Part shown: positions 13,244 through 24,011 of the stretch, one piece after another
How positions within the stretch are numbered: the first letter of the stretch is position 1
How the letters are laid out: each line of letters starts with the position of its first letter
Assembly: GCA_965644295.1 (NCBI GenBank)
Contig: CBFFRP010000429.1
Coordinates: 62,001-126,000, forward strand
Reading direction: 5' to 3'
Length of the DNA: 64,000 bases
From: Paraphysomonas bandaiensis
Taxonomy: Eukaryota; Protista; Chrysophyceae
Program-made: the position numbers and the translations under genes
The notes under the pieces: model-generated
What the model saw: only the letters and a program-made list of their open reading frames with translations
Database searches by the model: none
What the model was told of the DNA's origin: nothing

Positions 13244-14257
13244 AGATATAGATTTTTTTGTTGAAGCGGGCGAAGTTGCAGTTATAAAACTCCATGATTT
13301 TATCATGGCTGAATAGTACGGTAAATGCGCTTCATATTGTATTGAAGTAATAAAGCAGCAAGATGAATGAGGCTGGGGTAACAGAGACATAGCATGCATC
13401 CGGGGTAATGGAGAAGAACGACCTCTGGTAGATCAAAGTCTCCTTTGCGTGCTGGGTACCACGACCACTTCGTAGAGAGCACTCAACTGCCTACAGGTCT
13501 TGTATATAAGAGCAGATCTTGTAGGCGGGGTTCATGAGGTAGTTAGTGATCCAATAGGCTTCATCACACTACTTGACACCGACAGTAGAGGGAGTTGGAG
13601 TTGGTACATGCGTTGAAGTGACCTAACACGCACTTCGTAGCTAAGTTAGTAGGGACATAGTTTTTTTTGTGGAACTGGTTGTTTTTTATGGGCTATGTCT
13701 CGAGATTTCCCGAGTTTCCGTCCAGGAAATCCTCATTACAAACCAAAAAAAGAAATATGATGGAAAAATTATTTAGCCCGCACCGCAGGTGCGGGATCCC
13801 GCACCCTTGTTTTTACACAAAGGCCGCACAGCAAGTGCGCCCATCGAGTGATCCAATCAGCAGAGTGCATCATAGCATAGTGCATCATATCACATGCATC
13901 GAGTATATGTATATAGTAATATGACGAGGCAGCCATATGCAGCAGATACACGTTAATGAGTGCTTGAATGATAGGTGATAACATGTTGCTACCATCTTAT
14001 TTCATGAAACTGTGAGATGAGATATGCAGTTACTGGACGAGGTTTATAAGGCTGTATGGAGAGGAACTGTGAAGGGCTGTATATTATGGTATGAAGTGAT
14101 ATGATATGGATATCAATGATTGAATTCCAGGTGGGAGCATCATGCTCCCATCATCCTATTTAAAGTGTCAGGTATGCAGAGAGATGAGAAGTGGTACATT
14201 TGAAGGAATAGAAGGCTGTATATCATGCATGCACTATGTTGTGTGATGGTATATGAG

Positions 14258-15190
14258 ATGCTGAATGTTGTCATGGTTTATTATGCTGTTGTAGGCGCAA
14301 TGACGTTTATACTTACCGGTGCAAGAGGGATGCCTAAGCGACACAAGCGCCCGGCTGCCCCTGTACCATCTTGCAGTGAATATGTGTCATGTTGTGTAAG
14401 GGTATGCAGTATGGCTGTATGTGATAAGAATTCTGAACGGTGTGGAATAATAAAATGCTGAAGGCTGTGATGGTTTATTATGCTGTTGTAGGCGCAATGA
14501 CGTTTATACTTACCGGTGCAAGAGGGATGCCTAAGCGACACAAGCGCCCGGCTGCCCCTGTTCCATCTTGCAGTGAATATGTGTCATGTTGTGTAAGGGT
14601 ATGCAGTATGGCTGTATGTGATAAGAATTCTGAACGGTGTGGAATAATAAAATGCTGAACGCTGTGATGGTTGATTATACTGTTGTATGCTCTGTAAATA
14701 ATGATACGATGTATTCCAATTACTAATGAATCATTAATTATAAGGGTACAGTATAAAAAGTTGATGGAGTGGTTATAAATGAATACATATAGGCATTCTA
14801 CAGATTACTAACATCAGACTGTGTCGAATAATAAAATGCTGCACGCTGTAATGGTTGATTATACTGTTGTATGCTCTGTAAATAATGATACGATGTATTC
14901 CAATTACTAATGAATCATTAATTATAAGGGTACATTATAAAAAGTTGATGGAGTGGTTATAAATGAATACATATAGGCATTCTACAGATTACTAACATCA
15001 GACTGTGTCGAATAATAAAATGCTGAACGCTGTAATGGTTGATTATACTGTTGTATGCTCTGTAAATAATGATACGATGTATTCCAATTACTAATGAATC
15101 ATTAATTATAAGGGTACATTATAAAAAGTTGATGGAGTGGTTATAAATGAATACATATATTGGCATTCTACAGATTACTAACATCAGACT
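14258..15190. repeat. Compound tandem array: 2 x 197 bp followed by ~3 x 184 bp
   Basis: Units start at 14258, 14455, 14652, 14836 and 15020. All begin with a shared ~40-bp motif ATGCTGAA.GCTGT.ATGGTT.ATTAT.CTGTTGTA (degenerate in the first unit). Confidence 0.9.
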
Positions 15191-15268
15191 GAAGTTTCCT
15201 TTTCTTTGTCCTTGGAATAATGTTACCATCACTGTCCCTTCGTGCACTCATTGCATCATATATACTGT

Positions 15269-17411
15269 TTATGTATTTCTTAGAGGCTTTTTTTTGGGGT
15301 GAAACTTGTCGTAATTTTCCTGACCAAATAAATCAACAATAACACGCAATTCAACCTTTTCAGCTATGCATTTTAAATTACTCTTCCATTCTCTGTACGA
15401 AGTAGACTGACTTGCCATACAGGGTTTCGGCTCATCAAGAAAACGTTTCTCGTCATCGTACAATAGGCCGAGTCCTTTAGTCAATACTCGATTTAGTTTT
15501 TTCTGTTTGTTGACGTTGTCTACCATAGGGTATCTCTTTCCTACAATTTCATGTAATTCATAATCAAAATAGTCAATAATAACTGTTGATAAGCATAATT
15601 TTTCGAGAGTTTTATATTGAATGAAGGATATATGGGGCATGCGCTGCATGTTAACTCTCATGTATTGAAAAACATTTGTCGTAGTAGTGGATGGACCTTT
15701 GGAAGGTCCTTCAGTAATCGGAGGCAAGACTGTAGGCGATGTAGGTATCCGTGATACAGTCTCTGAAGTTGGTATAGTGGTATCCGTTGGAATATTTTTC
15801 AAGCCTTCTAGAATATCAGCCACAGCAGTGTCTAATTTCTTGTGCAGATCAGCTATTGCAATAGTTTGGGTGTCACACTTTCTATGAAGCTGTTGTATTT
15901 GGTCTCGAAGAATGCGATTCTCCTGGTAAATTTCGTCTACATTTCTTGTGTCTACAAAATTAAGGCGAAGCCATTCCTCCTCAATCGCAGCACTCCATTG
16001 CATTATGTCATTCCAAGTGAAATGGTGGCGCATCATGTTGTGCTTGAATTTACAAACCACTGCATGTTGTGCCGTGTATTTAGAAACAAATGATGGTAAC
16101 CTCATAAGGAATGTAGCAAACACAGAGAGTTTAAATTGAAATAGACAGCCATCAACCCCAAATTCTGGGTAAGTGAGTGGATAACATGTTTCGATTAACG
16201 CCATCACTTGTTCTCGGTTTCCATTGTTGATAAATACACACTCGGGTGGATATATCTTATTCCTGGGATTAGAGTAGCCACTTAAAATTTTTCCACCCAC
16301 AGCAATAGTGACATCTAGTCCCATGATATACTCAAAAATGCTGCACTCTCCGGAGAAGTCCCATCCTCCACGCATAATCGCATGGAAGATGCCGCCTGAC
16401 TGACTACTGGCTATGTCAGTTGCAGCCCCGACTCTAAGACCCTTGCCTGTTGTTTCCTTTGTAACTCCAGGTACCTTCCCGATCATTTGTTTTAGTAGCT
16501 TAGAAACAAATTGACTAGCGCTTGATGTAGTCAATGCTAGATCTGGAAAGACGAAGTCACCGTTGAGATCTGCTGCAGTACAGGACATCCAGTACATTGA
16601 ATAAGCGAAGAAAACACAAGTCTCTAGACAAGAGTAGTCGGGAAAAAAGTTCATTGTTTTGATAGAAGCCACCTTCAATTCTGTCCAATCAAACGTTAAG
16701 TATCCATCGCAGTGCCACATTGCATTATTATACGAAGCAAACATTGCTTCAGACACCCGACCAACAGCAGCAAACGTGAAAACCAAATAGAGATTGTACA
16801 ATGAATACTTCTTCACTTCTAAATAAAGTTTATTAGCATACAGTAAATCATAGATATGTGAAGTATGTCCACTTACCGGAGAAATCAGATGCCCGATGTA
16901 TAATGTATTCACCTATGCGCTTCATTAGTTCTTTCCCCACTGGACTTGTTTTCTCTGATATACGCACTCCTTGTGCGATACACCGCTTGATAATATGCTT
17001 TGATACTGCCGCTCTCACATCTTTGTACCACAGCTCATTGGAGCTGCTTAATAACTCATTTCTTTTAAATCGCTTCGTCAGCGCAGTCTTCGTGTCTGAC
17101 AAATACTGCCAAGCAGTACCTAGGGTCAAAGGCTTCTTCGTTGTTCCATGGACGGCGTGATCGATCAAAAAGCCACCGAAACATTGAAATAGTTCTACAT
17201 TTATATCACTGTCTATGAGTTCCTTATACCTCTTCTTCCCGTCGAACCGCATCTCCAAGTACTTCGCAAACTGAGCTAACGCAGAGGAGTTACGATTTTT
17301 GGTTTCCCCATCACCGACTTTTCTAATGCCCCCTGTGGTAGTTGATTCCGTGGTAGTTGATTCCGTGGTAGTTGATTCCGTGGTAGTTGATTCCGTGGTA
17401 GTTGATTCCAT
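15269..17411 (-). CDS. Tyrosine recombinase (Crypton-type)
   Basis: ORFs 16848-17492 and 15269-16912 join in frame across intron 16876-16819 (GTAAGT...GCTAAT...TTTAG) giving ...ASDFSEVKKYSL.... Catalytic motifs GRVSE (R), ELK (K), KGLRVGAAT (H/KxxR), RGGW and FEY; N-terminal core-binding region and C-terminal coiled coil. Confidence 0.85.
17335..17409 (-). repeat. 5 x 15-bp coding repeat (ESTTT)5 at the recombinase N-terminus
   Basis: GTGGTAGTTGATTCC repeated five times on the + strand. Confidence 0.95.
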
Positions 17412-18039
17412 GCTACTATGATATGTTCTCGCTGTTATTATGTTCTGTATGTATGATACCATGCTGTGATGAGAGAGCTCCTCCTTCAACACCCACCTCC
17501 CTGGATCTATTACTCACCAGCAACACCATACATACCACTGGTCACTCATCATCACCACTTATATAGTTCCACACCATTATGGTGCGGGCTTGAGTACGGT
17601 ACCTTCCACATTTTACAGAAAAGTGACAAGTGTCGAATCTAAAAGTCCGTTTCGAGAAAAGTGTTTTTCTTCTAGATATGACACAGTAAACTACACTGTA
17701 TTCCAGTGTCATCTCATTATACAGTCCACATATGCGGCATTCTCATACTTTATTCTGACCCATATCACACTGTATTCCTGTATTCCATTCAAGCAGTTGG
17801 CCCGTAACTGTATAGGTGCACCAGTGTGCACTGCCTGGTCCTGTGACTGTGATGGTCATTGCTATTGTTGCTTGTTATTGCTGCTGTTATTCCAAGAACT
17901 GGGCACTGTTCATTGTACGAGATATTCTTCTAGTGCTATCTCGCTATTGGATTATATAAGCAAAGTTCTTGTATATACGCTCTGAAGTATTAGTGCGGTG
18001 CATGCTCTCTCTATTATATATTTGATAAATAGAACACTT

Positions 18040-21000
18040 ATGGCAGCACAGATGCTAAAAAGCAGACTGTATCTGCTCGTCTGTATTTTATGCCATGTTT
18101 ATGTGCAGTCATCCCGTCAGAAAGCATCTGCATGTCAGAAACAATTGCCGTTATCGTTCACTGCCCAGCAACGATCTCATTTTTGTGCTGGTGTTGTTCA
18201 TGAGAGTGGTGCAGTTCACTGCGCAAATGATGCAAAATCTTCCCTAAAGATGAAGTACGACGAAATATATGAGTTGTGCCAGCATTCATCATCAGCTGCG
18301 CCTGTTGAATGTTACAAAAGTTTATCCCTTAAAGACAGGAAAAACCATGGTATATTACTATGTGGAAATGCAACGTCGTCTCTTCCATCAGCATGTTGGA
18401 GTGAATTGACTTCCCTTAAAGGAACCAACAAGTTGAGTGCGGATCTTATATTGCCATTTTGTAAGTCTATTCAAGATTCTGGCCCACTGCATTGTTTACA
18501 TCACTCGACATCCCTTTCACTATTGTCATCCTCACTTGCACTGGATGCGTGTCTTTATGCAACTCTTCCAGATGAAGGCGATGACAAGAACTACCCCGAA
18601 CAGTGCATGATTGATATGAAGAAGAGCATTCAACCTTCACGTGGTATTACCGCATCTGATGTTGTTCAGTTCTGCTACGCAGTGACATCTTCAAGTACCT
18701 CGCCACAAGATTGTTTTCACGCCTTATCCGAATCTCCAGCCGCAGCTAAGGTCTCTCAATCAACCAGGTTAGCGCTGTGTTGGGACTCAGAATCACCAAC
18801 TGGGCCTGGGGAGTGTCTGGAGGCAGTGGAGAAAGCTCGAAAAGAGGCAGCTACTGGAGTGATGGGTCTCACTGACGAAGGAGTGGTTGAGCTATGTTCT
18901 CATGCTCTGTCTGATGGACCCGCGCGGTGCTTCATTGCAAGTCGCCATGTATCCTTCCCAAAAGCTTCATCTGGCGGAAAACAAATGGATGATATGTCCA
19001 ATCGGCTGCAGCTCTGCCATGGAGCTCCTAATGACGGCCCTGCCAGATGCATGCGCCGCGCACTAGGAGCTTTCCGTGGAGGCGGGCAAGTGATTGGTGG
19101 TGGGCAATCCTCAATGTCCCCCGACGACATCACGTATTATTCAACGGCTCTTTGTGTAGGTGCCGAATCTGAAGGTCCTGCTGATTGTGCGTTAAAGGCC
19201 CCCGCATGGCTATCTCCAGACGAGCGGGTGCATTTATGTGGCGGAATTATTCACGCCAACAGGGCACAAGAACCTTTAAAGTGTCTGGAAACTATATCAA
19301 ATTCTGTCATTGCGAAAAGACTTTCCAATAGTCCAAAGAAGTGTATGGGATACTTTCTCGGCAATATAGTCTCGGAATCAGAGAAGTACTCTCGATACCT
19401 ACTCCTGCACATGTGTTCTTTTCTGGGTTCAGACTATCCCCTCGCTGCTGCGGAGTGTTTCCGAACCGCTCCTACAATTCTGGATCACGATACAGCTGTT
19501 ACAGGTGTGTGTACTAATCACACGTACTCCCCGGATTCACCTGAGGAGAATGATGAGAAAAGTGGTAGTGGGGGACTAAAGTATGATCCACAAGCCCTAT
19601 CATCATGTGTGAAACTCCTTCCTGCAGACTGGAATGGTGAAGACCGGGCAGTGCTATGTGCGCGAGTAAACTCAACGCAAAAGGCAGAATCGGTTGTGAA
19701 GTGTGCCATCGACCTACATAAAACTACTAGACTGCTGAGTAAGCCTGAAGCTGCAGCTGTTTGTGCCGCTGCTGTGGATGAGAGCCCTGATGGTGAGGCT
19801 CTTCCTACACGTGTAGGCGGGCCAGGGACTGGGCGGAGGATATTGGGCGGTGTTGCAGCGTGTGTGAGACGTGCTATGAGCGATGTGACCTCATCTTCTG
19901 CTAGGCTTCCACCTGACATTGATCTGATCACTGAAGTATGTTCCAAGGCGCATATTGGGGAAGCTGGAACTTGTGTGGCATCATTTAGTACGAAAAGTAA
20001 ACAAAATGTGCTGACAAGAGACGGACTACGAGAGTTTTGCTCTCATAAGGGCTCCCTAAGCAAAATGGGGTGTATCAAGCATTATCAAAAAGGAAAGTCT
20101 GGACCACTCTCTCTTGAGGAGGTACAAACTTGTCTACACACTGACCCTGTCGTCAACGACTTAAGGGTTGTTAAATTCTTAGCAGCTGATAATGGTATTG
20201 AAGCTGTTGCTGGAAAGTGGTTCTCTATGGAAATTCAGGTTACATATTACAATATTTGCTCATTTCTTCTGATACACTTACGTCTTTTCAATGTAGATGA
20301 TTGACCAGTGGGGACAGAACATGGACGGGGTTAATGGGGTGCGCATTGTAGCATCCATAAATGAAAACAATGACCAGGGTGCGGTGTTGTGGGGTCTGCG
20401 ATCCAACAGCAGTGTGGACGGAAGGTTTTTTATTTCCTTGCTTATGCATACTGTTGGGTGTAACGGATATTTTACTGATGCAGAGTCACTCTAAGCCATT
20501 TGGTTGTGTCCCAGGCTGGACCTGTTGAGCTCAAGTTATCTTCAACTTCTTCTGGTGATATGACCGCCTCCAAAAGTATTCAGAGAGGGAGGACTCTGAT
20601 GATAAGCAAGATGTATGTATACCCCAACCCCGTGATGAAGAAATCAGACAGGTGTTTGTTCGTGTTCACTGAACTAAACTGTCCAGTCACAACATCACCT
20701 GTGGATACTACTCAGTGGGAGACCACGTTTCCGAATGAAATCGGTAATACTCGTGGTAGTTGTAAAATTTGTAGGTGACTTCAGTTTACAGGAATTTTAC
20801 CCGCACGAGTATATGGTGATCTCTTGATGTGTTTGGATGTGCTGGATATGTGGGCGGTTTCAGCTGAAGTATTACCATCAGGAGAAGGTCATATTAAGTA
20901 CAGATATGGTGTAGACGCTGTGTGGACAGGCCGTGGTCTTCCTCGAGAAGAGATGTCTTACTTTGAGCGACTGGATCTGGAGGAGGGTAATTTGAATTTG

Positions 21001-21310
21001 AAGGACATTAGACGCGCCTATCATAAAAAGAGTCTTCAATGGCACCCGGTAGTTATATGCTATATATATTTATTTTCAGTTATATGAAGCCCGTATTGTT
21101 TCTACTTATCAATGTTTTAATGTTGCACAGGATCGATGGGCGGGCTTGACCAACAACGCAACAAGTATCAGTGGCGAGGTGTACGCTCTTGCCGTACAAG
21201 GCGCTTTCGAACTAATTGCCGAGGCATACAAGGGACTGAATGATGCCGCTGCTGTAATCGTAGAAGAAAAGAAGAATAGTGTTCCAAAAGATGAGAAAGT
21301 GTTTTATTAG
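18040..21310 (+). CDS. Signal-peptide-bearing Cys-repeat protein with C-terminal DnaJ domain
   Basis: Hydrophobic N-terminus (RLYLLVCILCHVYVQS); many LC-x5/6-(G)PxxC units; last exons splice to ERLDL..LKDIRRAYHKKSLQWHP|DRW...AFELIAEAYKGL; stop 21310. Confidence 0.8.
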
Positions 21311-22916
21311 GTAGCTAGGTGGACGGGCTAGATGTAGCTAACAACTTTATGCATACTTGTAAATCAATCGTGACAATCTCTGTTATTTAATTTTGCACTC
21401 TATTGTACTGCTCTCGATTTGAAGTTCAAACTATAATAAAGGAATATATCATCGGTATAGAGAACAAAGAACAACATATTGCAATAGTACGACTCAATCT
21501 TGGTTTGGATCATTCCTATTCGATTGAAGTCGTCAGAGTACACAAAAATATATATACAATTTGATATTATTATGCGGAGAGTTACTGTTACACGAAATCA
21601 GCAAGTCTGCAAAAGTATCTACGTATCTACCATGTGTACCATCGCTTCATAACCAGGACCAGGTAAACATATTTATTGCAACATATTTATTAATTATTAT
21701 TGGTCTTTAAAATTGAATTATAATTATTTATTGCTGGCACTATATTGTTATCGCCCCTGGCTCTGTTCATATTCATCGATATCAATTTATCTCCATGAAC
21801 CCTTTAGAAGAATGATATCGGATGCATGTTCAGGCGATATGTAATACTCTGCTTCTCGGTTCCTGCGACCTCCGCTTGTTCAGTACTGGTGGCAACACTT
21901 CGACCTCATTTCTTAATAGATGAAGTATTACCACCATTACTGAATACTCGTTCCGTATCTATATTTAAATTTAATATGGAAGCTGTATCCATATTTACTT
22001 GATACTTTTCTTTTGACTCCTGAAGTAGATAGCACTTTGCCGTTGACCAAATCACACCGTGTAAATGGGTGCGTTGTTTCTACAGCTTGAACATCCCTTA
22101 CAGATACACGAGTGATATCATCTGAGCATACGACTGTAATTTTAGCGAACTATGTCTACAATGCAACTATCTGAGATACATGCAGACCAGAGACCCTGTG
22201 GCACAACCCATAGAAGGACAGGACCACCTTCAATGATAGTGAATACGATCATCATTTCATGTTAACCGTAGACTGGATGCACAGACACTGGCAGATCATC
22301 GCCATGAAGTGGCAGCTCACTGCTGCAATTAGATATAACTACACATCTCTGAGTCACTGTGATGCACTGCGCTATCTTCAGATGATGGTGAATTCATTGA
22401 CGAACAAACGGGCTGATTATAGTGAAGTCCTATCTATGCTGTTGCTATAACAGTGAATGATATCAGCCACCGGCACCATGGAGGAGGCAGTGGAGTTGTT
22501 TGGTGGGAGTTGAGATGAGAGGATCAGATCAGGCTCAGGCAGCCAGATCTGCTCTGCTGGTCGGATTTCCAACCGGCTTTGGCTGATCGAGCCGGTAGCC
22601 GTTAGACCGGCCGGCTACGACTCCACCTCCACCAGCAGTATACGGTACTGTATACAGCAGGCGTCGAGTACAGCAGTGTATTATAGAGGAACGTTACAGC
22701 CAGCTCTACCTCCTCATATACATAGACATACACACACCACCCACTGACATGTGAACACTGGCAGATATATATATCAGACGAGTTCTTTGCATTGTTGGAA
22801 CAGAATTCATCCTTCGTTGTATCTGGAGTCTCATTGAGCTCTGAGAGTTGCTTTGACAGCACAACCAGCAGACATACATACACACATCATCATACTGTTG
22901 CATACTGTAGTATAGG

Positions 22917-23423
22917 ATGCCGAAGGATAAAGATGAAATGCCGATACTGCAGAGAATAGATGTACATGAAGCACAGAGCATAAAAGAAATGTTTGATCTA
23001 CTCGCTGTTGATAGGTCTGGACGGATATCGCAGCATCATGCACATAAACTTCTCATGGCTTTAGGCCTCGAGATGCACATTGAAAACCTTCCTATGCAGC
23101 TTACCCTCAAAGATTTATTGCTGCATGCTGACTCTGTAGCACCCGAGGAAGGACCTGAAGGTGGTGCCAAAACTCTAAATTGTCTCATATCCCAAGACGG
23201 GGATGGTAGTCCGAGTGGGATCACGCCGGCAAAGGTTGTAGCATTTGCTAAGAAACTAAATCGCCCTCCTCCTTCTATGAGTGAGGCAACTGTATATGTT
23301 TCGACTTTAGTTGATTATGATGATTGTGAAAGTGAACCTGAGGCGTCGCCTGCAGTGTTTCAAAAGGAAATTGTGAAGTTTTGTAAACTCCATGGCATTG
23401 ATGCTGATGATGGGGATCTCTGA
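22917..23423 (+). CDS. Divergent EF-hand (calmodulin/centrin-like) protein
   Basis: IKEMFDLLAVDRSGRISQHHAHKLLMALG, SQDGDGSPSGIT, LVDYDD; 168 aa, intronless. Confidence 0.55.
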   Translation: MPKDKDEMPILQRIDVHEAQSIKEMFDLLAVDRSGRISQHHAHKLLMALGLEMHIENLPMQLTLKDLLLHADSVAPEEGPEGGAKTLNCLISQDGDGSPSGITPAKVVAFAKKLNRPPPSMSEATVYVSTLVDYDDCESEPEASPAVFQKEIVKFCKLHGIDADDGDL

Positions 23424-24011
23424 TACAAATTGTAAATAATTCCAATATTTATTATATATAGTCAATTGGTAAAATATACCATGTTTATATTTATCGATAG
23501 TACCATTATACAGCACGTATAATGTTTGCTTGTGGAAATCGATCTGGTGTGGGTCATTCTTACGAATACAATGAAATTGTTTATTCTTTCGAATACTTCT
23601 GAGTACAACACATTAAAATAATTTACTTATAGTAAATTAACTATTAGCTGCCCACAAGAGTATATATGTAGTATCCTAGTATATATTTAGTGTAAATTTC
23701 TCGACTAAAATGTAGTAGTCAACACTTAATCCTTAATCTATCCAAAATAGTTTTGGTGCAACACCACCAGACCACATAACCACTCGTTAAGGAGATGAAT
23801 AGCATGAATTACGATTTTTGAAGTCAACAATAGCAGTAAGTGTGAAAGCTCTGTATGATATTTCTACATAATGTTCAATGACAATAATGCCTCTATTACT
23901 ATGAGTATTACTGTATTCAGTAGTCATCGCTGGAACAACGTTAGTTTCCTACTCTGTGCTCTACATTACTCGAATCAACGAACTACATCAAAACAGGAAC
24001 ACATGATCCGG

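Larger units (their letters stand above)
13686..17582 (-). mobile_element. Crypton-like (CryptonS-type) tyrosine-recombinase DNA transposon; boundaries tentative
   Basis: Single spliced YR gene with no RT/RNase H, internal tandem repeats, candidate 6-bp terminal direct repeat TTATGG (13686-13691, 17577-17582) and short inverted motifs at both ends. Confidence 0.7.

Noticed and set aside
13330-13625. Possible - strand pseudo-exon next to the Crypton
   Set aside because: Two in-frame stops and no recognisable family.
14308-14440. ATACTTACC at the start of a hairpin in the 197-bp unit, resembling the U1 snRNA 5' end
   Set aside because: No convincing U1 loop I/II or Sm site; equally explained as a - strand 5' splice site (GGTAAGTAT).
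14258-15190. CRISPR array
   Set aside because: Spacers are ~150 bp and duplicated, there are no cas genes, and the context is eukaryotic.
16848-16912. Programmed frameshift between the two overlapping YR ORFs
   Set aside because: A canonical 58-nt intron with a branch point joins them in frame.
22570-22620. Adjacent GC-rich mini-hairpins (ACCGGCT..AGCCGGT, GTAGCCG..CGGCTAC) as a Helitron end or ncRNA
   Set aside because: Stems are only 7 bp, with no CTRR terminus and no second copy in the window.
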